Assembly (NCBI GenBank): GCA_052279835.1
Contig: CP181291.1
Location: forward strand, 4,288,001 to 4,352,000
Direction of reading: 5' to 3'
Length of the DNA stretch: 64,000 nt
DNA from: Microcoleus sp.
GTDB taxonomy: Bacteria; Cyanobacteriota; Cyanobacteriia; Cyanobacteriales; Microcoleaceae
This document shows, one piece after another, positions 9,915 to 20,988 of this stretch. The translations under genes were made by a program, and so were the position numbers. Positions within the stretch are counted from its first letter, which is position 1, and each line of letters starts with the position of its first letter. The notes below the pieces were generated by a model. It made no database searches. It was not told the origin of the DNA and saw only the letters and a list, made by a program, of their open reading frames with translations.

Positions 9915-10219
9915 ATGAGCCAAGCAGATTATCAACACGCTTTGAAACAGATAGAAACTGGAGATTTACCAGGGGCGCTGCAAACTCTCGATCGCATTAT
10001 GCGGATTTCACTCATTTAATCCACTTTGGATGCGATCGCACGAGCCTGTTTTTGCACCGAGGACATGGCTACTTCTTAGTGGGAGATTTGGAGAATGCTT
10101 TTAAGGATTATTCTAATGCGATCGCCGCTAGGTCAAATGAGGGGCTTTTAGGACAAGATTTTCTGGCTCGTTATAATGTGCGGATTCTAGAAAATCAAGT
10201 AGAGTTTCATCCTCGATAA
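9915..10219 (+). pseudogene. Remnant of a TPR + retropepsin-like aspartic protease gene
   Basis: Short N-terminal piece ends in a stop; next piece HRGHGYFLVGDLENAFKDYSNAI (TPR-like) is joined at GCGATCGC to GLLGQDFLARYNVRILENQVEFHPR*. Confidence 0.6.
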
Positions 10220-10265
10220 TTTATAGCAAACAGGCAAGATGCCTGTTCCACAAATATAGAATAAG

Positions 10266-10320
10266 GAAGAAGGAAGATGGAAGATGGAAGATGGAAGATG
10301 GAAGATGGAAGATGGAAGAA
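10266..10320. repeat. Heptamer tandem repeat (GAAGATG)n, STRR-type
   Basis: Visible tandem array. Confidence 0.9.
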
Positions 10321-10367
10321 AGACCTTCGACACTTATAACCTGATACACTTCGACTACGCTCAGTGT

Positions 10368-10481
10368 CCAATTCCCCATTCCCCATTCCCAATTACCAAT
10401 TCCCCATTCCCCATTCCCCATTCCCCATTCCCCATTCCCCATTCCCAATTCCCCATTCCCCATTCCCAATTACCAATTCCC
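10368..10481. repeat. Heptamer tandem repeat (CCCATTC/CCAATTC)n, STRR-type
   Basis: Visible tandem array ending next to the GH108 stop codon. Confidence 0.9.
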
Positions 10482-10483
10482 GA

Positions 10484-11146
10484 CTACTTAATCTTATTCA
10501 CATAGCCCCACAAACTGTAATCTCGACTCAACCAACCCCGGAAAAAAGCCATCTGACTAGGGTCTTCTTGCACCCGTTTGTAGCGATAAATAATCCGTTC
10601 ATTAATCATTTGCAAAGCGGTATTTCTGTTGTTTGCACTTTTGAGCGCTTCCTTTGTGCGACTATCAAAAATCCCCGTTTGTGGCAATCCTAACGCTTGT
10701 TGAAGAAAGGTAATTGAGTTGTTAATTCCAAAGTTAACCGCCGTGTCAAACATGACGATCGCCAAAGTTGGGTGCATTGTTCCCGAAAGACTCGAATCCC
10801 AGTAATATTTATAAATTTCTAGGAGCTCTGCTTCCGACATCTGCGTCACATCTAGGGGTGGCAGCCCCCGACTGTATCGGTAAGCATTATATTCGGTTTG
10901 CAGAATCCCTCGATAAGTTCTGCCACCCTTGTCTGCGGGGTGATCGCTGAACCCGCCCTCAAAATATAGGGTAAAATAAAGGGCTGTTTGAAATAACTTC
11001 TGCCGCAAGTTGCCTGTCTGCTGCTGTGCCACAGTCTTTTGGGCAAAGGGCAAGGGAATTGCCAGACTTAACAAAAGTAAGCCCAGTAACAGGTTTGGTC
11101 TCCACTTAATTTTCTGTTGACGCTGTGATCGTTGCTTGTCGTTCAT
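10484..11146 (-). CDS. Glycoside hydrolase family 108 (peptidoglycan hydrolase) with signal peptide
   Basis: FEGGFSDHPADKGGRTYRGI, FDTAVNFG, FFRGWL; hydrophobic N-terminal segment. Confidence 0.85.
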   Translation of the reverse strand: MNDKQRSQRQQKIKWRPNLLLGLLLLSLAIPLPFAQKTVAQQQTGNLRQKLFQTALYFTLYFEGGFSDHPADKGGRTYRGILQTEYNAYRYSRGLPPLDVTQMSEAELLEIYKYYWDSSLSGTMHPTLAIVMFDTAVNFGINNSITFLQQALGLPQTGIFDSRTKEALKSANNRNTALQMINERIIYRYKRVQEDPSQMAFFRGWLSRDYSLWGYVNKIK

Positions 11147-11245
11147 AAATTCCCTGTCCGATCGCCCGTAGTTCCGCTAAAACTGCTACTCTGCAAAATA
11201 ATATAGATTCAACCTTTAACTTGATAGCACAGATAGGCAGCGAAG

Positions 11246-13420
11246 ATGAATCCCGATTTCCACAATCAGTCTGAAACACCCAAATTGGAAGATGCTGCAT
11301 CTCTGACAATCCTGGCAGAAAAATATTACTCTCAAGGTAATTTAGCAGAAGCGATTGCCACTTGTCGCCTCGCACTGGAATTACAACCGGATTGGGCTCC
11401 AGCTTACGTGACAATGGGCAACGTCCACCAAGCCAATGGGCAACTTGATGAGGCGATGCGGCTGTATTCTGAGGCGATCGCCCTGAATCCCGACTTTGCC
11501 GAGGCCTATGCTAATTTGGGGAGTATGCTCTACAAACAAGGGCTGTTTGTAGAGGCGATTGTCAATTACGAAAAGGCGATCGTCCTCAAACCGAATTTAG
11601 CACCAGCTTACTGGAATTTGGCACTCACACTCAAGCAGCAAGGGCAATTTGATGCGGCGCTTTCCTACGAGCAAAAAGCTCTCGAACTCAATCCCGATCT
11701 GGCTGAGGTAGATTTTAACTTAGATTTGGGAGATAAATTGGCGGGGGAAGGTAAGCTGGATGAGGCTGTGGCTGCTTGGCAACGGGCGATCGACCTCAAG
11801 CCGGATTTACCAGAAGCATACTGTCAAATAGGCATAGTTTTGCGCTATCAGGGCAAATTGAAACAAGCAATTCCCTATCTGGAAAAAGCCCTAGAAATTA
11901 AACCAGATTTTATTACCGCTCACCAACATTTGTGTGCCATTCTCAGAGATACCACCGATTTATCTCAGGCGCGGCAAGCTGTTCACAGATACAGTCAAAT
12001 GTGTGGTGAAAACGATCCAATTATGACCGCAATTTACTTTGTCAGTACCTATCAAGTGTCGGGACTGAATCAAATTGCTAAAGATAGATTTTTAGAACTA
12101 GAATCTTACTTGGAACGCAACTTAGACACAGTTACAGCAGTTGAAATTAAATCGCTGTATGCCAATTTCTTGTTTAGTACGCCCTATTTGCGAGATGATG
12201 TGGCCGCCAATTCTCAACTTTACAGAAGAATTGCCCAAAAGTATATCGACCAATGTATCAAACCTAATTTTCCCCAAGTCACTCATTACAGTCTAAAAAC
12301 AACGGCGAGCCCAGGTAAACTAAAAATTGGGTGTTTGTCCAATCACTTCCGTCGCCATTCTGTGGGTTGGTGCAGTGCTGATATCCTTCGCGAATTGTCG
12401 GCGATCGCGAATTTGCATTTGTACGCTTCCGAAAGAATTGTTCCTGATGACCAAACCCAAAATTTTGAAAGTTTTGGCAAACTAACGTTGCCCAAAACTT
12501 TTCCCAACGGAATGTCTAATTCCTCAGAAATTATCGCTCAAATTAGAAGTGATAATTTAGACATTTTAATTGATTTAGATTCTCTCAGCGTACCAATTCA
12601 TGCTGACATTCTCTACGCTAAACCCGCAGTAGCTTGTGTGTCTTGGTTAGGGTTTGATGCTCCTTACATATCACCGAAAAATTATTTTCTTTCTGATTGG
12701 CACTCGCACCCAGCAGGTAGGGAAAAATATTATGATGAGCAGCTAATTAGGATGCCTGATTCCTTTGTGGCAGTCTCAGGTTTTAAAAGGTACGGAGTCA
12801 ATCCGGTAGCCTTGAGAAGGTCGAATCGCATTGGTTTAGACCAGATAGTTTACCTGTGTATCGCTCCAGGGAAAAAATTTAATTCCGACTTGGCGAAAGC
12901 ACAGGTGGCTATTCTTAAACAAGTGCCAAATAGTGTGTTAATTCACAAAGCTTTAGGCGATAATGCCGTGTTTCAAGCGGCTTATCACCAGGTTTGCGAA
13001 ACTGAAGGAGTTAGCAAGCACCGGATTAAGTTTTTGCCACGGGTTGCTACGGAGGAAGAACATAGAATTGTATATTTGCTGGCCGATGTTTTGTTGGATT
13101 CTTATCCTTATAATGGTGGAACTCACACCTTAGAGGCTTTGTGGTTTAATTTGCCTGTGGTGACTCGCATTGGAGAGCAGTTTTTATCCAGAATGGGTTA
13201 TTCGTTTTTGCAGACTTTGGGAATTACCACTGGGATGGCTTGGTCTTGGGAGGAATATGTGGAATTTGGGGTACAATTAGGTCAAGATAGTGAATTACGA
13301 AACGGGGTGAAAGCGCAGTTGGCTAATTCTAAAAAAGCCGAAAATTTGTCGCCCTTGTGGAACCCTAAAAAATTTGCTGGAGATATGTATGCACTGTTTG
13401 AAAAACTGTGTAAAATATAG
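11246..13420 (+). CDS. TPR-containing O-GlcNAc transferase/SPINDLY-like glycosyltransferase (GT41)
   Basis: N-terminal TPRs; HFRRHSVGW, WLGF, DVLLDSYPYNGGTHTLEALW. Confidence 0.85.
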   Translation: MNPDFHNQSETPKLEDAASLTILAEKYYSQGNLAEAIATCRLALELQPDWAPAYVTMGNVHQANGQLDEAMRLYSEAIALNPDFAEAYANLGSMLYKQGLFVEAIVNYEKAIVLKPNLAPAYWNLALTLKQQGQFDAALSYEQKALELNPDLAEVDFNLDLGDKLAGEGKLDEAVAAWQRAIDLKPDLPEAYCQIGIVLRYQGKLKQAIPYLEKALEIKPDFITAHQHLCAILRDTTDLSQARQAVHRYSQMCGENDPIMTAIYFVSTYQVSGLNQIAKDRFLELESYLERNLDTVTAVEIKSLYANFLFSTPYLRDDVAANSQLYRRIAQKYIDQCIKPNFPQVTHYSLKTTASPGKLKIGCLSNHFRRHSVGWCSADILRELSAIANLHLYASERIVPDDQTQNFESFGKLTLPKTFPNGMSNSSEIIAQIRSDNLDILIDLDSLSVPIHADILYAKPAVACVSWLGFDAPYISPKNYFLSDWHSHPAGREKYYDEQLIRMPDSFVAVSGFKRYGVNPVALRRSNRIGLDQIVYLCIAPGKKFNSDLAKAQVAILKQVPNSVLIHKALGDNAVFQAAYHQVCETEGVSKHRIKFLPRVATEEEHRIVYLLADVLLDSYPYNGGTHTLEALWFNLPVVTRIGEQFLSRMGYSFLQTLGITTGMAWSWEEYVEFGVQLGQDSELRNGVKAQLANSKKAENLSPLWNPKKFAGDMYALFEKLCKI

Positions 13421-13437
13421 ATTTAATTTCAAATCTG

Positions 13438-14028
13438 ATGGCTTTACCAACTATTAAGTTTCTGAAACAGCCGACTTCCCAAGATTGGGTACAACAGGCG
13501 ATCGCCAATTTAGATACTATCTTATTAGACCATTCTCACTGCGAGCGTAAGGCGGCTGGGGTAGCATTGAATTTAATGTTTCGCTACCCGGCTCATGCTA
13601 AATTGGTGAGGATGTTAACGGCGATCGCCCGCGAAGAATTAGAGCATTTTGAGCAAGTCAATCAGCACTTGGAAAAACGTAACATTGCTTTGGGTCCCTT
13701 GGGCGCTCCTCCCTACGGTGCCGGTTTGTCTAGCCAAATTCGGAAACAAGAACCGGATCGACTTTTGGATTCTTTACTGGTTTCTGGTTTAATCGAAGCG
13801 CGGAGTCACGAACGGCTGGGACTGCTGGCAGATAGTTGTGTCGATGGAGAATTAGCTAAATTTTACCGGAGTTTGATGGTTTCGGAAGCTCGCCATTATG
13901 GTGTATATTGGATTTTGGCAACAACTTATTTCGATCGCTCTGTTGTCGATCGGCGGCTGGAGGAATTATCATTAGTTGAGAGCGAGTTGCTGGCAACTCT
14001 TCATCCAGAACCGAGAATTCATAGCTAA
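13438..14028 (+). CDS. miaE: tRNA-(ms2io6A)-hydroxylase
   Basis: DHSHCERKAA, EELEHF, IEARSHERL, SEARHY, PRIHS diiron motifs. Confidence 0.9.
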   Translation: MALPTIKFLKQPTSQDWVQQAIANLDTILLDHSHCERKAAGVALNLMFRYPAHAKLVRMLTAIAREELEHFEQVNQHLEKRNIALGPLGAPPYGAGLSSQIRKQEPDRLLDSLLVSGLIEARSHERLGLLADSCVDGELAKFYRSLMVSEARHYGVYWILATTYFDRSVVDRRLEELSLVESELLATLHPEPRIHS

Positions 14029-14120
14029 ATATAGGGTGTATTAAAATGCTGTAACACACAAACTTATGGCTATTTTACTTAGTTTCTAAAGTGACAGAAA
14101 AATATGATTTACAAAAACCA

Positions 14121-14618
14121 ATGAAAACCCAATATCATGATTTTTTAATTCGTTCCTGGGAAACCCGCGACCGGGCTGATGCTTTTCATGTAATTCGGGA
14201 TGTCTTATTAGAGTACGGTTTAAGATCCGAACCTTTCGGAGCCGATCGAGATGTGTATGATGTAGAACTACACTATCATGCCAAAGGTGGAGAATTTTGG
14301 GTGGTTGAACGGGAAGGAGAAATCGTAGGAACGGCGGCTTACTATCCCATTGAACGAGGCAATAATGCTGTAGAAATTCGCAAAATGTATCTTTTGCCGG
14401 CCGCCAGGGGAAAGGGTTTAGGAAAATTTTTACTGCAACAATTGGAAAATAAAATTGCTAGTTGTGGCTTTGATGAAATCTGGGTCGAAACTGCTAGCGT
14501 TCTCAAGGAAGCTGTTAATATGTATGAAAAAAACGGCTATCAACCAACAACTGGTGTAGAGACGCAAAGGTGCGATCGGGTTTACAAAAAAGTAATCAAA
14601 GCAGAAATAAAGGAATAA
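14121..14618 (+). CDS. GNAT family N-acetyltransferase
   Basis: EIRKMYLLPAARGKGLG; ATG at 14121 preferred over the upstream GTG. Confidence 0.85.
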   Translation: MKTQYHDFLIRSWETRDRADAFHVIRDVLLEYGLRSEPFGADRDVYDVELHYHAKGGEFWVVEREGEIVGTAAYYPIERGNNAVEIRKMYLLPAARGKGLGKFLLQQLENKIASCGFDEIWVETASVLKEAVNMYEKNGYQPTTGVETQRCDRVYKKVIKAEIKE

Positions 14619-14699
14619 AAAAATCAGGCCTAGGCAACTCCGGCCACAAATCGGAATTATTAAACTCTCTCTTCTCTTCCTTCGCGCCTTCGCGGTTAA

Positions 14700-14801
14700 T
14701 ATCAATTCCAGTTGTATCGGAATGATTAAACCACAGAGAACACAGAGGACACAGAGAAAGAGAAGAGAGAAATAATAATTCCGATGTCAAAGGATTTGAT
14801 A
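14700..14801 (+). mobile_element. MITE family A copy nested in an oppositely oriented copy (~14640-14832)
   Basis: gcggtTAA|tatcaattcc...ggatttgata|TAAatcattcc; removing it restores gcggttaaatcattcc as in the copy at 23386-23485. Confidence 0.75.
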
Positions 14802-14889
14802 TAAATCATTCCAATACAACCTAAATTAATATCAAGAGTGTTCTACAAAGGCTCAATCATGACCATGCAACCGGAATTTGTATCGCTGC

Positions 14890-17800
14890 TTAATCTCTTT
14901 TTTGTCGCAGAGGAATCTCGATCGCAAATTCGCAACCTTCTCCCAATACAGAATTGCAAAAAAGCTCGCCACCGTGTTTTTCGGCGATAATTGACATGGA
15001 AATTGCTAAACCTAAACCAGTTCCCTTACCCACTGGTTTAGTGGTAAAAAATGGATCGAATAAGTGCTTCTTCACATCTTCGCTGATACCTGGTCCATTA
15101 TCCCTAATCCGAATCGCCACGCATTTATTTTCGGTTACTTCTGTGCGAATCGTAATTTCGAGATTTTTGGCTGCATTTGCCCGATTTCTGCCCTCCGTAG
15201 CGGATTTTTCCACCTCCATTTCTAAGGCATCGATGGCATTACTCAACAAATTCATAAATACTTGATTTAACTGACCGGGATAACACTCTATTTTGGGTAA
15301 ATCACCGTAGTGTTTAATCACATTAATAGGAGGGCGATCGGGTTTATTTTTGATGCGGTTTTGCAAAATCATCAGCGTGCTTTCTATCCCTTCGTGAATG
15401 TCCACTTTTTTCATTTCCGCTTCGTCAAGTCGGGAGAAAGTACGCAAACTTAAAACTATATCCCGAATGCGATCGGCTCCTAGTTTCATGGATGAGATGA
15501 TTTTTGGGAAATCTTCAAGAATATAATCAAGTTCGATGGTTTCTATTTCATCTAAAATTGTTGCGGTAGGCTCCGGGTATTCCTTCTGATAAATTTGGAT
15601 TAGTTTCAGCAAGTTTTGAGTGTATTCGCTGGCGTAAGTAAGATTACCGTAGATGAAATTTACGGGGTTGTTAATTTCGTGGGCGACACCAGCCACTAAC
15701 TGTCCCAAACTCGACATTTTTTCACTCTGAATTAACTGAGATTGGGTGCGCTGGAGTTGGTGCAAAGTTTCTTCTAACTGTACAGCTTGAGCTTGAGCTA
15801 ATTTTGCAGCAGTGCGGGTTTGGGTGTAAAGTTCGGCATGATCGATCGCGATCGCGATTTGAGCAGCCACTCCTTGCATCAGTTCCACTTCAGAATCGTT
15901 CCACTGTCGCATTTCCCCAGCTTGATAGCAGCCAATGGCTCCAATATCGCCGGAAGTAGTTTGAATTGGCAGCACTAGCATGGAAACGACTCCAAATGTT
16001 TGATGAATTTCGCCTATTTCTATATTGGGCAAACTACTAATATTATTAATTTGCAAAGTTTTCATCTGCCCAATATGCTGGGCTATAATACTAGAATTTT
16101 CGTCTACAAAACAGGCACCCAAAAAGCTGAGCAATGCCGGATTTTTGGCTTCGCAAGTTACTTCCCAAACTGCTGAATTATCATGGGAGCGATACCAAGC
16201 AAAAATGCACCAATCTAGCTGCATGAGATGGCGAATTTCTGCTACAGAAGTTTCTAAAATAGTCTCTAATTCTAAAGAATTGCGAATTTGGCTAGCAATT
16301 TGGTTTAGCAGTTGTTCGCGTCGAGCTTGCTGTCGGAGTGTTTGTTCCGATCGCAGTAACACTTCTTCGGCAAATTTGCGATCGCTCAAGTCTTGGACTA
16401 CTGCTTGGATCATTGTTTCATTGCCAACTTGGATGATTGTCAGCACGACTTCTGCCGGAAAATCCTTACCGTCCAAACGCTGGTGGAGCCAATCAAAACG
16501 GTTATGGCGGCGTTCAAAGGCGATGGCTATCATTTCGTTAGCCATACTCAAAGATGCTTTGCCACTAGGTTGGAAAGGTGGCGAAAATTGACCATAATTC
16601 TTACCTACAAACTGCTCTTTGCCCGTGCCTCCAAATAGTTCTAGGGTGGCATTGTTGACATCACGAATCCCATTTTCATCTAACATTAAAACAGCCAAAC
16701 TGGTTAATTCGTAAAGCGAGCGAAATTTAGCTTCCGACTGCTGCAATGCTGCTTCTGCTTTTTTGCGATCGGTAATGTCGGCAATCATTCCCAAAGCGCC
16801 GAGATAGTTTCCCTGTTGATCTAGCATGGGATTACTAGAAACTATCGCCCACAAATCACTGCCATCTCGGCGACGGAACTTGAAATCATGTTGTTCGCGG
16901 ATGCCTTGACGACGGCGTTCTAGATTGGCTTGAGAGATGGCAATACCTTCTTCATCCATGAAAGTAAATAACGGCTGTTGCATCATTTCCTCGGTGGTGC
17001 AGCCAAGCATATCAGCCATTTTTTGGTTGACAAAAGTAGTTTTACTATCGGCATCAATCATCCAAATTCCTTCGTCGGCTGTTTCTACAATGCACCTATA
17101 TTTTTCCTCGCTTTGCCGGAGTGCTTCCTCGGCTAATTGACTGTCAGTAATGTTTTGAGTCATCAGCAATCCGCCGGTGATTTCCTGCCGTTCGTTTCTG
17201 ACTGGCAAAGTATAGGCTAGGTAAGTGCGATGGTTGTAACTAAATTCTGTAACAACTGTTTCTCCCGCTAGTGCAGCCCGATAATTTGGCTCCACAGCAG
17301 CGCAGAATTCTGGAGGAAATATTTCCCAAATTGTCTTGCCTTCCATCAACTCTTTAGAAAGACCAACTGCTGCTAATTCTTTCCCTTCTACAAGGGTATA
17401 ACGGAATTCTGTATCAAAGAGCATCACCGCACCGTTAGGAAAATTGCTTGCCATAGTGCGGTAGAGTTGTTCGCTTTGTCGTAAGGCTTCTTCTGCTTGT
17501 TTGCGAGCGGTAATTTCAATAACTACTGCGCCAATGCCGATCGCCTCGCCACCTGCATCTAGTAGGGGAAAGTAAGAGGCAACGATGTGTACCATCACTC
17601 CGGGCTGTCTCACTTTTTCCGCGCTGAGTTCGACATTGAGTACGGGTTCTTTTGTCCTCAAAATTTGCTGGTATAAAGGATCGACTATGGGGGCGAGATC
17701 TGGTATGATTTCCTGCACAGTCTTGCCGATGTGGTCGGCTGGGCTGGCATCGTTCATTTCTGCTAACATTTTATTGATTTGTACGAATCGCAGTCCATCA

Positions 17801-18759
17801 TCCAAAATGCAAAGTCCTGCCGGCGCATCCTTGAAAAAAGCATCAAATCGTGCTTGTCGCACGGCTAATTCTTGTTCTAAAGCTTTGCGATCGCTAATAT
17901 CTGTTAAATAGCCAATCATCCCTATAACTTCTCCCATGCTGTCTTGCAATAGCGAAAGCACGAGGTGAGAATAAAAAATTTCTCCTGATTTACGACGTGT
18001 GATAACTTCCGTTTGATACTCACCTTTTTTTTGTAACACGCCGATCACTTTTTTTAACAAAATCTGGTGTTGTTCGGGCGGGTAAATGAGAGAAATATGC
18101 TTTCCTAATACTTCACTTTCTTGATAGCCGTATAACCTTTGGGATGCTTGATTCCAACTGGTGATGAGACCATCCATATTTGTACAAATCACCGCTTCTC
18201 GAATTTGGTCGATAATTTGACTGTGGTGACGCAACTTTGCTTGAGTTTGTTCAAGTTCGGCGATGGTTTGTTGGAGTTGTTCCTGAGTTTTTGCCAGTTC
18301 CGTAGTTCGCTGAGTTAGTAAGTTTTCTCGATTGAAATTGCTTGGCTGCGACAAAGATGCCGAGAGTAAGATACTGTTTTGAAGCCCCTCGTTGCCAATT
18401 TTTTCAGCAGTCAGCCACAGCCCAGGCTCTCCCTCTATTTCCACTGTCCACTGGGAAACGCGCACAGGTACGAGATGACCGTCTTTGTGTTGGTATGCTG
18501 CTGCACAGTGGTCTGTGCAGTTATGGTGGAGCTGATTTTCTGGCTTTTTTTTGTCTTGGGCTGTACATTCTGTGTGCAAAACTGCCCAGTAGTTGAGGGT
18601 GAGAGTTGTTTCAACTGTGTGGCCGATAATTGCTGCAAAGGCTGGATTTACGTCCAAAAAAGTCCCGTCCATCCGACACAAGGCAAGCCCCATGGGACTG
18701 ATTTCTAATAATTTGCGGTGGCAGGGATCGCTCCGGTCTTCTCCTAGCTGGCTTGGCAT
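14890..18759 (-). CDS. Multi-PAS/GAF sensor histidine kinase
   Basis: Several PAS repeats, GAF, H-box VAHEINNP, QLNQVFMNLLSNAIDA, DNGPGI, FFTTKPVGKGTGLGL. Confidence 0.9.
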   Translation of the reverse strand: MPSQLGEDRSDPCHRKLLEISPMGLALCRMDGTFLDVNPAFAAIIGHTVETTLTLNYWAVLHTECTAQDKKKPENQLHHNCTDHCAAAYQHKDGHLVPVRVSQWTVEIEGEPGLWLTAEKIGNEGLQNSILLSASLSQPSNFNRENLLTQRTTELAKTQEQLQQTIAELEQTQAKLRHHSQIIDQIREAVICTNMDGLITSWNQASQRLYGYQESEVLGKHISLIYPPEQHQILLKKVIGVLQKKGEYQTEVITRRKSGEIFYSHLVLSLLQDSMGEVIGMIGYLTDISDRKALEQELAVRQARFDAFFKDAPAGLCILDDGLRFVQINKMLAEMNDASPADHIGKTVQEIIPDLAPIVDPLYQQILRTKEPVLNVELSAEKVRQPGVMVHIVASYFPLLDAGGEAIGIGAVVIEITARKQAEEALRQSEQLYRTMASNFPNGAVMLFDTEFRYTLVEGKELAAVGLSKELMEGKTIWEIFPPEFCAAVEPNYRAALAGETVVTEFSYNHRTYLAYTLPVRNERQEITGGLLMTQNITDSQLAEEALRQSEEKYRCIVETADEGIWMIDADSKTTFVNQKMADMLGCTTEEMMQQPLFTFMDEEGIAISQANLERRRQGIREQHDFKFRRRDGSDLWAIVSSNPMLDQQGNYLGALGMIADITDRKKAEAALQQSEAKFRSLYELTSLAVLMLDENGIRDVNNATLELFGGTGKEQFVGKNYGQFSPPFQPSGKASLSMANEMIAIAFERRHNRFDWLHQRLDGKDFPAEVVLTIIQVGNETMIQAVVQDLSDRKFAEEVLLRSEQTLRQQARREQLLNQIASQIRNSLELETILETSVAEIRHLMQLDWCIFAWYRSHDNSAVWEVTCEAKNPALLSFLGACFVDENSSIIAQHIGQMKTLQINNISSLPNIEIGEIHQTFGVVSMLVLPIQTTSGDIGAIGCYQAGEMRQWNDSEVELMQGVAAQIAIAIDHAELYTQTRTAAKLAQAQAVQLEETLHQLQRTQSQLIQSEKMSSLGQLVAGVAHEINNPVNFIYGNLTYASEYTQNLLKLIQIYQKEYPEPTATILDEIETIELDYILEDFPKIISSMKLGADRIRDIVLSLRTFSRLDEAEMKKVDIHEGIESTLMILQNRIKNKPDRPPINVIKHYGDLPKIECYPGQLNQVFMNLLSNAIDALEMEVEKSATEGRNRANAAKNLEITIRTEVTENKCVAIRIRDNGPGISEDVKKHLFDPFFTTKPVGKGTGLGLAISMSIIAEKHGGELFCNSVLGEGCEFAIEIPLRQKRD

Positions 18760-18887
18760 CTGACCTGTTTGGGAGGGGCTAACTAATTATAATCTACTTT
18801 TATATTTTTTTTATCTTGTGATTTTTATCACCATTTCAGCAGTCAGTAGTTATTGGTTATTGGTTATTGGTTGTTGGTTATTGGTTA

Positions 18888-19014
18888 TATCAATTCCGGT
18901 TGTATCGGAATGATTTAACCTCGAAGCCGCGTTCGGCGAAGCCGTTCCCGTAGGGTAGGACGCGAAGCAAGAGAAGAGAGAGTTTAATACAGGACGATGA
19001 AGAGATGATTTATA
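18888..19014 (+). mobile_element. MITE family A copy inserted in a (TTATTGG)n STRR tract
   Basis: ggTTA|tatcaattccgg...gatttata|TTAttgg; contains an extra GC-rich insert. Confidence 0.65.
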
Positions 19015-19110
19015 TTATTGGTTGTTTGTTTTTGGTTTTTGGTTATTAGTTATTGGCGATGCCGTGTCCTTCGACTCTGCCAATAACTAATAACCAATCA
19101 CTAGGTGTAA

Positions 19111-20505
19111 TTAATCGCGGGCTATGCCTTCGGATCGCGCTGCCAACTGCACTGCACTAGCGACAGCAGTGGCAACTCGCTCGTCAAATACAGAGGGTAT
19201 AATGTATTCTTTGTTGAGCTTGGAAGGGCTGACTAAAGAGGCGATCGCATAAGCTGCTTCCAAATACATATTGGTGGTAATCGTGGCAGCTTTGCAGTCC
19301 AAAGCACCTCGGAATATGCCGGGAAATGCCAAAACATTGTTAATTTGATTCGGGTAATCGCTACGCCCAGTTGCCACGATCGCCACATCATCCATGATTA
19401 GTTCTGGCTGAATTTCGGGAATCGGATTTGCCATGGCAAACACAATCGGATTCTCGGCCATGGAACGCACCATGGAGCGGGTCAGAACTCCGGGGGCGCT
19501 GACTCCTAAAAACACATCGGCACCGGCGATCGCATCTTCCAAGGTCCCGCCCGAAGCCACAGCAAACTCTAGTTTTTCTGCGTTCATGTCTGTGCGGTCT
19601 TTGGAGAGGACACCTTTGGAGTCGCACATGATGATGTTTTCGGCACCTGCTTTGCGTAACAAGCGGGCGATCGCCACTCCAGCGGCACCGGCTCCGTTAA
19701 TCACAATGCACACTTCGGACATCGATTTTTGTACTAATTTTAGGCTATTAATTAAGGCGGCCAAACTCACAATAGCAGTGCCATGTTGGTCGTCATGAAA
19801 AATCGGGATATCTAGAGTTTCCCGCAATCTTGCTTCGATTTCAAAACAGCGAGGTGAGGAAATATCTTCGAGGTTAACGCCGCCAAACACAGGGGCGATA
19901 TTCTGAACTGTCCGAATAATTTCCTCAGTATCTTGGGTATTCAAGCAGATAGGAAAGGCATCAATTCCAGCAAATTCTTTAAATAGCATGGCTTTGCCTT
20001 CCATGACTGGCAGTGCAGCCATCGGACCGAGGTTTCCCAGTCCCAAAACTGCGCTACCATCGGTAACAATCGCCACAGTATTTTGTTTGATTGTCAGGTT
20101 GTAAACTTGCTGGGGGTCATTGGCGATCGCCGTACAGATGCGGCCAACTCCAGGAGTGTATGCCATTGCCAAATCGGACTGGCGTTTGAGGGAAATTTTG
20201 CTTTCAACTCGGATTTTGCCACCGCGGTGCAAGTTGAAGGTGCGATCGTATACATCGAGCACTTTGATATTGGGCAGTGCTTTCACGGCTTGGACTATTT
20301 CTTCGCTGTGTTCGGTGCTCGAAGCATCGACAGTGATATCGCGAGTTGTAGTGGCGCGGGTTTGCTCGATTAAGTCAATTTGGCCAAAGTTGCCGCCAAC
20401 AGAGCCGATCGCGCTGGTGACGCCGGCTAGCATTCCCGGCTGGTTTGGCAGAGAAACGCGAATTGTCAAACTAAAGCTGGGATTCGGTGTCAGTTTTACG
20501 CTCAT
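19111..20505 (-). CDS. Malic enzyme with N-terminal ACT domain
   Basis: YTPGV, VTDGSAVLGLG, FHDDQHGTA, NGAGAAG, ATGRSDYPNQINNVLAFPG. Confidence 0.9.
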   Translation of the reverse strand: MSVKLTPNPSFSLTIRVSLPNQPGMLAGVTSAIGSVGGNFGQIDLIEQTRATTTRDITVDASSTEHSEEIVQAVKALPNIKVLDVYDRTFNLHRGGKIRVESKISLKRQSDLAMAYTPGVGRICTAIANDPQQVYNLTIKQNTVAIVTDGSAVLGLGNLGPMAALPVMEGKAMLFKEFAGIDAFPICLNTQDTEEIIRTVQNIAPVFGGVNLEDISSPRCFEIEARLRETLDIPIFHDDQHGTAIVSLAALINSLKLVQKSMSEVCIVINGAGAAGVAIARLLRKAGAENIIMCDSKGVLSKDRTDMNAEKLEFAVASGGTLEDAIAGADVFLGVSAPGVLTRSMVRSMAENPIVFAMANPIPEIQPELIMDDVAIVATGRSDYPNQINNVLAFPGIFRGALDCKAATITTNMYLEAAYAIASLVSPSKLNKEYIIPSVFDERVATAVASAVQLAARSEGIARD

Positions 20506-20988
20506 GGCTGAATTAAAGATTTGAGATTTCAGAATTTCGATCTTAGATGGAATTACTAACTTTATCTCAAAAATTTAATAATTTAAACTTCAAACATAAA
20601 TTTTTAATCTCTGTTTGCTGGTGGCGATCGGATTTTCCCTAAATAGCTATAAATTCCTGTTGCTGTCTTTTGATGCGAGACGCTTGGGGAATTTATGCCG
20701 CTTTTTGATGGCCAAAGTAGCGAACCAGGAAACACAAAGATGTGAAGAACGAATAAAATCAATGACTAGATCGATGCCAAAATTTCCTAACTGTCGAGAA
20801 GCTTGCTATAGATGCACCGCTGTTTGAGCCGGCAGGTAATATTCAGATCGACTGACAAGCTGGCATTTTATTGATAACAGTTGCTGCGCCGCCGAGCGCT
20901 ACTCTTATATAACGATCGAATTACCTGCACGTTTGGGCTTTGAAGAGAAATGCAATACAGCTTAAGTGCTGGTTGCTAATTGTAGATT

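Noticed and set aside
10207..10693. ORFs with MGNGEW/PIPHS/MEDGRW repeats
   Set aside because: Artefacts of heptamer STRR tracts; the same applies to 45370-45636.
10484..11146. GH108 lysozyme as a prophage marker
   Set aside because: It has a signal peptide and no neighbouring phage genes.
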